Of a stretch of DNA of 64,000 nucleotides, positions 24,066 to 36,589 are shown piece by piece. A program made the translations under genes and the position numbers. Under the pieces are notes generated by a model that saw only the letters and a list, made by a program, of their open reading frames with translations, had not been told where the DNA came from and searched no databases. The stretch is from Heptranchias perlo (Eukaryota). Location: positions 17,236,001 to 17,300,000 of the forward strand of contig NC_090328.1 in NCBI RefSeq assembly GCF_035084215.1. The letters run 5' to 3'. Within the stretch, counting starts at the first letter, position 1. Every line of letters begins with the position of its first letter.

Positions 24066-25784
24066 AGAGAGGTGATGTCACCGAGCGGGAGATGGTCTTA
24101 CTGCTGTGGCAGCAGAAGGTCGTCATGTGGACCTTCCTCATCTCTCTGTTAAAATGATCAAACATTTATCAAATGACAAGCCTCTTTCCCCCCTGTCAAG
24201 GAGTAAGAGAAGTTCACAAAGGCTCCCCAGGTATAGAGATAATAACAATTCCCTCAGGGCTTCTATTGCTCAGCCATCATAAGTAAACAGGGTTTCCGCC
24301 AAAGTTACGGCAACAGTGTGAGAAAACCCTCAGGGAAATTCCTGATGAATATTGTAGTCTCGGATGGACTTGAGCTTTGGAGAGAGAGTTTTTGAAGGGG
24401 AAATTATTCTGTTTAGGACGTAACAAAATTACCACTAGTCGGCACCATGGGTAGAATTTTACTGTTAGCATCAGCTGTAATGTGACACAGATAATACTTT
24501 GCTATTATAGATGTGTTAACATCGCCTACCATAACAAAAAGGAACTGATGTGCCATAGTAATCTATGCCGTCAGTTTAATATTGAAATGCCAATTTGAAT
24601 GGAGAACTAGAGCATAGTTCGGATGCCAGAAGTATAGCTGTCTGGGACTACTTTCACTGGCAAGTGTATTTTTTTTTTAAATGTTCTTTTATCAAACAAA
24701 AATCACACTACCTCACCTTTTCTGATCTTCACCCTGTACAAAATATTGCTTGCTTCACTAACTTATTTCATTTAAACATTCCAAGCCCCGCCATACAAAA
24801 AACAACACAATTGGACTGAATAATGAACGTAGGAAGCCTCATCTCATTAGTGAGATCTACTGACTGAAGTTGCTTAGATAATTTTCATCTCCTTCCTAAC
24901 TTTTGCTAGTCGTAGCAACTCCATGTGCATTTACCGACTGATTCACTAACATTAAAATTAAAAATTCAAAGTGTATTGTTGAGAAATTGAATGTGTTTGG
25001 AAGAGGACTTGGCTGTTACAATGGGTTAAATCCACTACACGTTGGCAGTTCTGGGACCAAAGTTTATTCTTTCCTGATAGCTTCAATGTTGCAATGATAT
25101 TGCACTTTTGTCACTGGTTCTGTGATGCCTTGGGTGATAAGTTTGCACATCTGTAAATAGGGTTTGTGATTGCTGCATGTCAGTGATACATCAGGAGGCT
25201 TATGCCTAGAAAAGGCCAGCACAAACTGGGTGCAGGGATCGACCAGTACTATTTTGCTACCTACACCAAAATGGCAGGTGGCACACTTCAGGCTCATAAT
25301 GATCATGCACTTCCTGCCCACCATATTGGAGGCTTAGGCACTCGTTTGTCACCCAAAAAACACACAGCAACATCAAATTTCTTTGCCTAAGATCCTACAT
25401 GGCAGAAGGGTTCATTTACACTGCACCTACCAGTCGGACTAGCAGCTGCACCATGGGCTCTCTCCAGTTACAGCATTACCCAACACTTACTTAGCAGGAA
25501 CTAAATCAGTCTGGTGCTGGTGAAAGCGGGCGGTGTATATACCTGGACACAGAAGGGAGCATTACTCTCGTCCCAACAGTTTAAAAATGTAAATGTTTAG
25601 AAAGCAGGGGAGGAGAGAATCCTCACCACATTTTAACTGAAGTTAGGTGGATTTGTTAAAAGCTAACAACTCCCCCGAAAATAACCGGATTAAGGACTAA
25701 AAGTAGCGTCTGGTGCACGAGTTTATAATAACTATCACGATACAAATGCAAGTCACGTCTAAAGAGACCCAAGCGTGGGCTACT

Positions 25785-26070
25785 TTGCAGTGCCTGGCTG
25801 TCACTCACCTCGCTGCACTGCGTCATAATAGGGCCAGGTGTTGATGACGAGGGGCAGCTGGGCGGCCGCGAGCGAGCAGCTGGCGCTGAGCGCGAGGATG
25901 ACGGGGAGGCAGCCCGGGAGCCCCATAGCGGCGCGAGCCCGATCCCAATCCCCGGGCACAGTGAGAGCCCCCGCACCGCTTATCACTACTTATACCAAGA
26001 AGTTCCTCGCTTCCTACCACACCCACGTACGGTGGCTGCAGAAGAACGGCGAGGGCACCACCTCCCCGTA
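25785..26070 (-). promoter_or_regulatory. CpG-rich promoter/first-exon island of duplicated exon 1b
   Basis: CpGs retained; near-identical to the 1a island. Confidence 0.6.
25809..25926 (-). CDS. AGA: Duplicated AGA exon 1 (distal copy, 1b): candidate alternative first exon or pseudo-exon
   Basis: 118 nt, same Kozak context and same phase-1 G|GTGAGT donor; MGLPGCLPVILALSASCSLAAAQLPLVINTWPYYDAVQR; no exon-2 copy seen between 20540 and 24160. Confidence 0.7.
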
Positions 26071-26654
26071 TATACCTTTATTGCAAATTTAATATTCCTC
26101 TCCCCAAGTTATTTTAATACAGCCCTTTCCCCAATTTACCATAGAGGTATTGGGCAGTTTTAGTATCTCCTTCCAGAGACTCGACATTTTGGTTTCTTTC
26201 GGCCGAGGTGTTACTCCCAGCGATGACGTGAGGTTTCTCTAAAAGTTCTGCTGTTGCAAGATCATCTTTTAATGTTGATTTTGGAGTTGTATAAATTGGG
26301 TAAAGTTGTACAGAAGGGAGGGAGAAAGAGGAAAAGCGAAATGTTGAATAGTTCTCCTTTATAAACCTTGTAGTGTTGATAGTTCCGGGCAATTCAGATC
26401 ACGGACTGCTTACACAGATTTCCCTGCAACTGCTCATCAACTAACTCATCAACCTCACCATTTTTAACTTGCTCCAAATTTTGTGGGTTTTCTAATTAGA
26501 ATGGTATTTTGAGTCGGAGCATAATTATTGCTCTGCGTGTTAAACTTGCTATCTATGAAATAAAACAGCTTAATTATTTTGTATCTGGTCTCATCTTACT
26601 AAGTGTTTAATTGGTTTGTTTTTGAAAATATTGAAAAAGCACGTGAGAGTACAT

Positions 26655-26825
26655 GCTATTCTCTACCTCTCTCTTTAAGAGGCTCCTTAAAACTTATCCC
26701 CTTGATCACCTGTCCTAATCTCTCCTCCTTTAGCTCGGTGTCAATTTTTTTTGTCTGATTACTCTCCTGTGAAGCCTTGGGATGTTTTACTACGTTAAGG
26801 GTGCTATATAAATGCAAGTAGTTGT
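26655..26825 (+). mobile_element. L2-type LINE 3' end
   Basis: GGGATGTTTTACTACGTTAAGGGTGCTATATAAATGCAAG tail. Confidence 0.75.
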
Positions 26826-26999
26826 TATGTCAAGGGGGATTTATTGTTGCATCCCCTGGATTATGCTATTGTGTAGTAGATATTAGGTATGGTGAGGCAA
26901 CTCTGGCATGTGAGGAGTGTAGGATTCACTTACAGGAGTAACTGATGTCACTAAACCCAAGGAGATATCTACAGCAAACCTGAATTTGTAACACACAGA

Positions 27000-27460
27000 A
27001 AGAAAATTTGGATTTATATAATGCATTTTACGACCTCAGGACCTCCGACTTTACAGCCAATGAAATACTTTTGAAGTGTAATCACTGTTGTAATATAGGA
27101 AACCCGGCAGCCAATTTGCACACAGCAAGGTTCCACAAACAGCATTGGGATAATGACCAGATAATCTGTTTTAGTGATGTTGGTTGAGGGATAAATATTT
27201 GCCAGGACAAAATCCCCTGCTCTTCTTCAAAATAGTGCTATGGGATCTTTTATGTCCACCAGAGAAGGCAGATAGGGCCTCAGTTTAATGTTTCACCTGA
27301 AAGATGGCACTTCTGACAGTGCAGCACTCCCTAGGAGTGTCTCAGTGCAGCACCCTCTAGGAGTGTCAGTCTAGATTTTGTGCTCCAGTCTCTGGAGTGG
27401 ACTCAAACCCACAACCTTCTGACTTAGAGGCGAGACTGCTACCAGTGAGCTACAGTTGAC
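27000..27460 (-). mobile_element. Full-length Deu-domain SINE
   Basis: Reverse complement of 13944-14368 including the tRNA-like head. Confidence 0.85.
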
Positions 27461-29269
27461 ACACATGTATGTTAAGAAGAGCCCAGGCATAACTTTACCT
27501 ATTTCTGAAGTTTATAAGTATAATTAATATAATACAATATAGCAGTTTTTATTTTTGTCATGTGTCTGAGTAGCACCTACAATAATTACTGTTAGAACAA
27601 TCTGGTCAAATAACAGTTTAAAAACTGCAATGTGTTTTCCTTTTATATATTAGTCCTGATGAAACTGTTGCTCACTAAGCAGTAAAGGTTGTCTGGCAGA
27701 AAGGTTGAAGAAGCAAAATATTTTTAAATGAAAACATGTACAGTCCTTCAAAGGTGAACAAAAATTGTATCATTTTGTTGGCATTGCATTACCACATTTC
27801 TGAATCAGCTGATCTCAGATCAGCTTCACTGACAGGTGCAATAGTGTGCTAGTGTTATCAGTTGGGCAGACTGTAAAACAGGATTAGCTTACAGATGGGT
27901 AGTGGTGTGCCACTATATTCTATTGTCTTCCTACATTCATAATGGCAGCCCTGTCAGGGCAGGTGTGTGCTATTCTATACTGAGAATTCATTTTTGATGA
28001 TAAAACCACGATAGTGAAGGTCCTTTAAATATTACTTCCATCACAAAATGGCCTCGTGGCTGTACTGTAGCAATGCTGTATAAATGACTTCTAAAATGGT
28101 TGACATCCTCAGTTGATGTCATGCAGTGTGCTAAATGGCATAAAGGATTTTAAATTCCATGTCCCTCTCGAGGTTACAGCCTTTTGACGACGGGAAGAGT
28201 AACTGCTGTTTTACAATCGCAACACTATCAAACACGTCAGTTTAAAATAAATTTAATTAAATTAATTTCAAGCTTAAATTAAATAAGAATTTGTTCACTT
28301 AAATATTGCCTGCCATAAATTACTTGTATGCACTACTGAAATGTGTATTACTTCATCAAAAATAATGTACTTGTGACATTTTAATAATTGTGCATAAAAT
28401 GTTAAATATGAAATTTAATGAAATTTGAAAATGTTAAATAATACTTTGACAGAACTTATTTAAGAACTAAAATATATGGTTTTCATTATTCATCCGAAGT
28501 AATGAAGCAAATGGATATATGAGTTGTGTATCAAAGGCTATCATTGAGTTGTCAGCCTGGGACTGATACCTACTGGCTGCAACGTGGCATCAGCAAACCC
28601 ATGTTATTCTGCAGACCGATCTGAGTTTGACCAGCACTAAGGTGCGAAAGCAAGAGATCTCTGCCCATCTTCAACACGTGGTTGGAGCTCCATTCTCCTG
28701 GCTGCTTATTTTTAAAGTTAGTCATGGGATCTTAAATGTCCACCTGAACCACTGGAAAAGGCAAATGGTGCCTTGGTTTTGCATAATTTCCAAAGGAGGG
28801 CACTTGTGACAATGCAACACTCCCTCAGTAATGCATTGGAGATAGACAATGATCTTGAAGTGTGATGAAATTCCAGTTTCTACTTTGTTTAGCAGTGACC
28901 ATGGAGCCTTTTGATGTTAATTGCTCTATCTAGTTTTAGATCAATGTTTAGATAGTTTTCCCTTCTTTCCTGATGATGAACCAGGAACATATCATCCTTT
29001 TTCATCTTTAATGGCCTAGCTCTGAGTCAATGGCCTACATAACCTCTTTTTCTCTATTTTGCAAACAATTGGCATGACAAGTTAAGAAGCTTGATTTGCA
29101 GTTTTTGACAAGCTAGAAATTTTTCAATAGTTCAAAGGGGCATTGCTTTGCAGTTTTGTAAGAATTTTGTGAAGCACTTTACCTCAGCATTGAATTTGCA
29201 CCAATGTAGTATGACTTTTCTATCCCTGGATTTGAGGTTGTAAAAGTGGCTGTTCCACAGGTAAGCAGC

Positions 29270-29685
29270 TGGGATGGGAGACCTTGAAAGATCTGGTGAG
29301 GACAAGAGTGTCAAAAGTGAAGGCAAGGCAGATGTCTACCAGGTCCTCAGAGATGTCATGTCTGGAGGACCACAGGAGGGGAGTTTGGAATTAGAGAGGG
29401 TGGTAGTGAGAAAGCTAGAGTAATTTTTTCCAAGGCCAGTGGGGAAGGGTGGAGGTTTGAAGACAGATAGGATATGGGTGGTGAGGAGAACAAGGAAGTG
29501 GTCAGCAACTACCTTGCTAATGATTGAGACTTCAGATGTGGAGAGGCCTCCGGTGATGGTGGTCAAGGTAGCCGTGCAGAGTTGATGTACAGAGTGAGGT
29601 TGGGTTAGGACAGGAGGATACAGAAGTTGGAGGAGAGGGGGCAAAGGGAATTTAGGTATAGGTTGAATTTAGCTGTAGAGAGAGA
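29270..29685 (-). mobile_element. Old L2-like LINE fragment (endonuclease region)
   Basis: ORF 29336..29644 ...GLSTSEVSII...DHFLVLLT resembles the APE SDH motif. Confidence 0.45.
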
Positions 29686-31484
29686 CAAAAAAGAAGAGCA
29701 CCCATTGCTACTGAACTTCACATCTATCCAAGCCTCAAGGTTTCATTAATAAAGCCTGAAATATTTAGGGCACAGATGAGTTTATTATTCCCAGAGCTAT
29801 TTAAATATGTACATAATGTACTATATTAATGGCTGCTTCAAAAGGGGTACAAGTTCTCTTCTGTGAGTCCCTGCAAATCTTGTCATTCCAGATGGACAAT
29901 CTGGGAGAGGTAAAGTATTCCCCCAGATGAAAGGAAGAATGGTGGTTAGTTGAGTCACCCCAAAATGTTCTTGTAGTTACAGAACAGTGATGATAAAGAC
30001 TTACTGGGAAACTTACTCAAAGAATTCTACATGTTCTGTGAGAACTCCTAAAAAAGAAAACTTAGTAAAGTTTGAAGGTGATGTCAATGTAACCTTGGCA
30101 GTTGCTTTAAGTTTTCTCAAGTCATTGTACAGAAGTTTAGTTTCAGTACACATCTCAACCCAAATAAAATGAGGAAAACAGCCCGATGGCTACCAACAGG
30201 CTTATAATTGTCAAAGTATATCAAAGTGTTTTGAATTTTAAATAACTTTTAAGTCTTCTGTTGAAACTTTAAATTATAGTTTTAATTAATGCCCTGCATT
30301 ACAAATTTAAATACAAAGCACTTTCCTGTTCATTGAATATATAAATATTGTTTTACAGTACTTCACCACACTGCCAGTTGAAATAAAATGTATCACTTGT
30401 ACCTGTCAACCAAATTGCAGTTTAGCTTCTAATTGGTAAATACCAGCCGAGCAATTGACATCCTGTTGAAGCCCAAGTGTCCAAGATCTTCATTAAGTAG
30501 TGTGTCAAGTTACAATGTCGTATTACCCAGAGCCAGACAAGTTAATTATAAATATCCGATTACTTTTCAGCAGTCAACTGACACCAACACATTTTATTCA
30601 TAAGGGAGGATTTTTTTTTACCATAATCTGCACCAAATTATTTTACATTACAAGAATGTGTGAGTCTAGTGTAGCCTGTATTTCCTATACACTGCAGTTA
30701 CTTGCTACTACTGATGAATGAGGCATATTTGTTTTTTGCTGGTAGAGTTTTTATTCCTGTAAGTTCACCAACAGTTTTTGCTGCCTTACTCACAACCCAG
30801 CACATTTTGTAACTTTCACATCTTGCATCCTTATCTTAAAAAAAAGTTCCAATGATCTACATGCAATTATATTGCAATTGTCAATTGTTATTAATTCATC
30901 TTTTGAAAAGGCTATAGTCCGGAAATAAGTTAGTAGATCTGTATTAATCATCTCTTTGAAGTTTGAAATACCTCGTTCCAGATTAAGTTGATATTAAGTT
31001 TTTGTATTTCTGCATCAGAGACCGAAAGTTGCTAATTGCTGGACATTGCCTCCAGTATTAAGTGTTTGGTTTTCATGTCATCCCTGATAATTATATACAA
31101 TGTAAACAAAATATAAACATTCAATGAACAATTGGCATTTGTAAACTTCATGATGTTGAGCTCTGTTCTTCCAGCCTAGCAGCTGGATTAATTCTTTGTT
31201 CTAGACGTATAATCAAACATGGATTCTGTTTTCACTGCTACAAATAAGAAATTTGAGCATTATCCTGGTCTGCGTAGGAATACAGGAGCTGAAAAGTCAC
31301 AATCTGTTCATTCTAAAACATAAGTGAACAAATTTGTGCTTACTAAAACAATTCTGTATTCTTAAGTCAATGAGTAAAAGAACTAAGAAGATTTTTCACA
31401 TGTTATTTTGGGTTCACGGTTTTCATGTTAAATCTATATGAAATTTTTTAATTGTTACTTGTTCGTTAACACAAAAAGGAAACT

Positions 31485-31615
31485 AGAATGCTACATATGG
31501 TGGAAACACTCAGCAAGTCAGACAGCAGCTGTGCAGAGAGAAACAGAGTTAAGTTTCAGGTCGATCACCTTTCAAAGGTCATTGATCTGAAATGTTAACT
31601 CGGTTTCGTGCTCCA
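31485..31615. mobile_element. Degraded palindromic remnant of an older Penelope-like family
   Basis: GAAACAGAGTTAAGTTTCAGGTCGATCACCTTT / AAAGGTCATTGATCTGAAATGTTAACTCGGTTTC imperfect inverted repeat; related to 48720-48815. Confidence 0.55.
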
Positions 31616-33331
31616 ACCAACAAGATTTGCTATTTAACTATAAATGATTTCAAATTAAAATATATTAAATTAAGTACAAAATGTGTAACTTTAAAATGGA
31701 GGCTGATTTTCTTTATTAGTTCTTGGATTATGGACAACACTGGCAATTCAGTATTCATTACCAATCCTTGGTTGCATTAAGAGTCAACCACATAGTGGGG
31801 GATTGGAGTGACATGTAGGCCAGAGCAGGTAGCGGTGGTAGCTACCTTCGCTGATATTACTTGGGTTTTTATGACAATCCAGCAGCATGGTCGTTTTATC
31901 TGGTGCTAGCTCAAAAATTAGCAGATTTATTGTATTCAATTTCACAACTTGCCCCGTAATGGGATTGAAACATGTGACCTCTGGGTTACTAGTCCAGTAC
32001 TATAACCACTAGGCTACCGTACCTGATTATAGCTGTGCGTACAGGTCTAATTATCCCGTGCCCTCTAACCCCACTTCACCTGAAGACTACAATTGCTCTT
32101 GACATCCTGGGATAATTTTTACTTTCGGTAATGGTGTAAAGCAGGCAATCTTGGATATACAGACCGTTCGATTTTCCTTTCCACTTTACGCCATTGCTGA
32201 AAATTAAAACTACCCCTCCCACCCCATGTGCAATGCCAGGGAGATGGCTTAATAAACAGAGCTCAAGCTCCCAACCCTGATTCTCTGCTTTATGGCCCTC
32301 CTTACTTCAATGCTTACTCCGCCCAGACTGAAAATTGTGAAGCTGATATTTAAGAGAGTCTGCCGTTCACCTGATTTTACTCTGATATTTTCTTTTTATT
32401 GTTAAATAAAAAAATTAACTAGTAAATTATCGAATTTTGCGCAAATGAAAATTTGCCACAAAAAAAACACCAAAGCCCCAAGGGTTTCTCGCTCAGAACT
32501 GAAAATGCTGCCTAGATTTTGCACTCTAGTTTCATTAACTTATCCAATGAAACTTGGGCAGAATTTGGTGGAAAATTCATTGGAAGGCAGTTACCCGCTC
32601 ACCCCTGCCACTTTTGGCTTTTACTACCACAAGTGAAGGACAGCTTAGACTACATCCAGGCAAATATGGGCAGATGTATTCAAATATGCTGCAAAAGATA
32701 GGAACATATCACATGACATAATTTGCACCTTAACCAAACTAGGTGCAAGGAATGGACTCTGGATGGGGTGGGTTGATGGACCAAATAACCTCTTGCCACT
32801 TTGGACCTTTTTATCTTCGTATACTTATGCCGTATGAAATATGTTCTATTATAGAAATAGTATTATTTTGTGATCGGTCATGGCATTGCTCATGGATAGT
32901 TCAGGTCTAGCATACAGTTGTGATGTTTAGTTGCTAACCTGGCCTGGTCTTTTAAGATCACTAATTTTAATTGGAAAATTCAGAATCTACTTACTGATAA
33001 ACTTCAATCAGAGGGCAATTGTAATTCATTTTAAGTTTCAGGCTCCAAGTCAATGACTGACTTTTTTATTTCGAAGTTTATTTTGCATCTAATGCAATAT
33101 GATGTCCGTTATGTGATGGGCAAATGATACATGCAAGCGCCAGTAATTTCTGCAGGGTAGTTTCCTGATCTTCTGCCTTAACTTCAATAGAAACTCCGGA
33201 CAAATGGTAACCTTCTGCTGAAATTACGGCGGGAGATCAGGAGAACCCCCAAGCAAATTCTACATCAAGATTTTTAAAAATTTACTTGCAAATCTCCCCT
33301 GACATTGCTCAAAGTAAGTCACATGACACGC

Positions 33332-33478
33332 TGAGGGTAATTCTGACTTTAGGCGATAGTGTAAAACGGGCGATATCGGATGACTTCAACAGAAATTAAA
33401 ATAGAGAGCGATGTATAACGGGCGGCTAATCCGATATCACCCGTTTCACACTATCAACCAATGTCAAAATTACCCTCA
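33332..33478. mobile_element. Short hairpin-forming MITE
   Basis: TGAGGGTAATTCTGAC..GATAGTGTAAAACGGGCGATATCGGAT pairs with ATCCGATATCACCCGTTTCACACTATC..GTCAAAATTACCCTCA; related degraded hairpin at about 32110-32216. Confidence 0.7.
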
Positions 33479-33489
33479 CTGTTTTATAA

Positions 33490-33965
33490 GGATAGAATGA
33501 TACAGAACTGAAGGAGGCCATTCGGCCCATCTTATCTGTGTCAGCTCTTTGAGAGCTGTCCAATTACTCCCCTGCTCTTTCCCCATAGCCCTGCAAGTTT
33601 CTCCTTTTCAAGTATACATCCAATTCCCTTTTGAAAGTTACTATTGAATCTGCTTCCACCACCCTTTCAGGCAGTGCATTCCAGATCGTAACAACTCGCT
33701 GCACAAAAAAATTTCTCCTTATTTCCCCCCTGGATTTTTTGTAAATTATCTTAAATCTGTGCTCTCTGGTTACTGACCCTCCTGCCAGTGGAAACAGTTT
33801 CTCTGTATCAACTCTATCAAAACCCCTCAAGTTTTAAACACCTCTATTAAATCTCACCTTAACCGTCTCTGCTCTAAGGAGAACAGTCTCAGCTTCTCTA
33901 GTCAATCCACACAACTGAAGCCACTCATTCCTGGTAACATTCTGATAAATCTCCTCTGCACCCTC
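33490..33965 (-). mobile_element. CR1 3' fragment
   Basis: ORF 33564..33830 RRNFFVQRVVTIWNALPERVVEA. Confidence 0.9.
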
Positions 33966-34334
33966 TCAGGAATGTTAGATCATTTAACGCACATATGTTA
34001 TTCTGTTACAGTAGAGTTATGTGTTATTAAGCCAGCAAAGTCTTATTGTTGTTAAGTAGAAACTGACAAGCATTTTACAAGTTGCAAATTTACTTAACCA
34101 AAAATCAGTTAGAGGCCACTCAGAGTTTGCCATCGTTTGGTCAGGCAACTTTGCAAATCATAAAGTTTTCATCAGCATCAGCTATAGATAGAAAAACCCA
34201 GCACTAAAGAACTGACTTTTTTTCAAGAATGTTTTGCACCTGTATTACTACAGCATTGCTCAGAGTAAGTCAGATGATACACTGTTTTATAAGGACCATG
34301 GGATATCATGTAATGCAGAATGTATTACTCTCGA

Positions 34335-34620
34335 TTTTCATCGTTCCATCATTGGAAGCCGTGCCTTCAGCTGCCTAGGCCTTAAGCTCTGGAATTCCCT
34401 CACTAAACCTCTCTGCCGTTCTACCACTCTCTCCTCCTTTAAGATGCTCCTTAAAACCTACTTCTTTGATTAAGCTTTTGGTCGCCTGTCCTTACATCTC
34501 CTTATGTGGCTCCGTGTCAAATTTTGTTTCATAACGCTCCTATGAAGCGCTTTGGGATGTTTTACTATGTTAAAGGTGCTATATAAATGCAAGTTGTTGT
34601 GGTGGTGGTGGTGGTGTTGT
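34335..34620 (+). mobile_element. L2-type LINE 3' end with (GTG)n tail
   Basis: IGSRAFSCLGLKLWNSL...SFKMLLKTYFF. Confidence 0.85.
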
Positions 34621-36589
34621 TATTGCTGCTAAGGTGAAATTGCATACCTTTAAGGCCACAAAGCCTAATTGCTATTAAGTAAACAATGGATGAGGTCAGA
34701 GTTTAATTGCTTTTCAGGCTGCAAGTCACAATCTTGATTTTCTTTTTTTTTGTGTGTAATTTGTAAACTCATTCTAAAGATTATCTTGGGCATAACAAAT
34801 TCAGACAGTTAATAGTAACAGATTATTAACAGAGCTAAACGTAGGCATAACGACAGAGCACATGGAAGCTCCTCTGAAACTTCAAAACGTGCAGCCTGAA
34901 GAGCAATTAAGCTCTGACCTCATCCATTCTTTACTTAATAATAGCAATCTTGGTTAGAACACTTTGTAACACATACTGTTTTGCATCAGTTACTATGTGA
35001 CTCAAATTGTTCATTTGTATATTTTTAATTCTAGTATGTATTATATCAGCCAAGAGATTAAGTCACAGAGGGCAATCATGCTAATTTTAAAAATTTTCCT
35101 CCCACTGAAAACAATAGTAATACTAGTCTAAGTGTAAAAGTCATCAACGCTGACTTTCCTCCGTTGTGCGCTTGGAAGGCTCAGTTCCCAGGCGCAAAGC
35201 AGCGGAAAAGGAGGTTGTGAGGGTTAAACGTCGTATACCAGGACTCCACCCCCCCCCCCCCCCCATTGTATCGCCCAGAACTTTCTTGGGGTCCCGCCGG
35301 GGGTGGGGACAGCACAGCTATGTCCACATCTGGCATAACCAGGGTCATATCATGCAAATGAGGCAGAAGAAACGTAGCAGGCCCGCCCATCTCATTTTCC
35401 TGTTGGAATGCTGGGTGGACGCCCACTGGAAGGAGCGCCCAGAAGAAGTGGGCTTCGGCTTTGCGTCCAATCCTGCTCAGATCCTCTGACCTGTTGAAGC
35501 CGTGCAGAAGGTTTTTAAATTTTAAACATTTTTATTTCCAGCTGGAGGAAGAAGAGGTTAAGAGCTCAAACCTTCTGGCTGCTGTTTTTTTTGGCTAGCA
35601 GCCAGAAGGCCCTCACCCTGCAGCTATTGCTGCAGCTGCAGGCCTCTCAGCTAACATCCCTTCCCCACCAACAGGTGGTAGGTGCTTCCAGAGGCAGGCC
35701 TGCTCTAGGGGAATGTCCAGCCTATGGAAATGACCTAAACTGTAAATACAGACAGTTTCAGGATATGTCAGACGGAGCACACTTTGGGTGCACTACACCC
35801 GAGTGGAACCCAGATTGGGAGGTGAGAAAAATTGTTCCTTCCACCCCTCCCTCCTGTAGTTGTGTTAATTGCCCCTACCGGTGCAGTAAAACGACAGGTT
35901 CTGCCAGCTACCACTCACCACCCCCCACCCCCCACCTCTCCACTCTCTTGAGGCCCATGGCTGTCGTCTGAGTTGGCCAAACTTGCAGTCCCCCATGTCC
36001 GGTGAGTTGCCTCTTGGACTGTGAATGGTGCCTGCAGCTTACCGCTAATGAGGTCGGCAGACCAATTTGCCGTGGTCCTCTCGCCGGTATTATCAGCATG
36101 TGCTACACCAGGATTGTGCTCTGATTCTGGGGTGTCATCCAATTTCTAGGCCCTAGTTTTTCCAAGATTTTAGCTCCCTTGTAGTGATGATGAAAAATTT
36201 CCTAAAATTCCAACAGTGTAAATTTATTTGGCTATTAGAAGCAACTTTATTTTGAATACATTGTTATATCACCATAACTGTGCTTAGAATTTTAAAATAA
36301 AAAAAACTTTTAGTGGCACTAAACAAGAAAGAGCAGGGAGTTCTCCCATTGTCATGGCCTATATTCCTACCTTGACCAAACCAACAAAAACAAATTCATT
36401 GATCATTTTCTCATTTCTGTTTATAGGATCTGCTCTGTGCATAATGGTTGCCATATTGTGTACAACAGTCACTCTATTTTAAAGTAATGTATGAAACGTG
36501 AAACATTATAATGTCTCTGAGAGATATGATAAGATTCTTTATAAATGGAAATTCTTTCCAGTCCTCACTTTTGTATCCATTTTTAATAC

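Larger units (their letters stand above)
24160..26115 (-). repeat. Partial tandem segmental duplication of AGA promoter, exon 1 and most of intron 1 (paralog of about 16020-20540)
   Basis: Collinear homology blocks: 24460-24890 with 16210-16660; 24950-25180 with 17890-18120; 25370-25650 with 18870-19130; 25670-26100 with 19930-20530. Confidence 0.92.

Noticed and set aside
24160-26115. Complete second AGA paralog, or uncollapsed haplotype
   Set aside because: No copies of exons 2-8 accompany it, and the intron divergence and TE differences are too large for allelic sequence.
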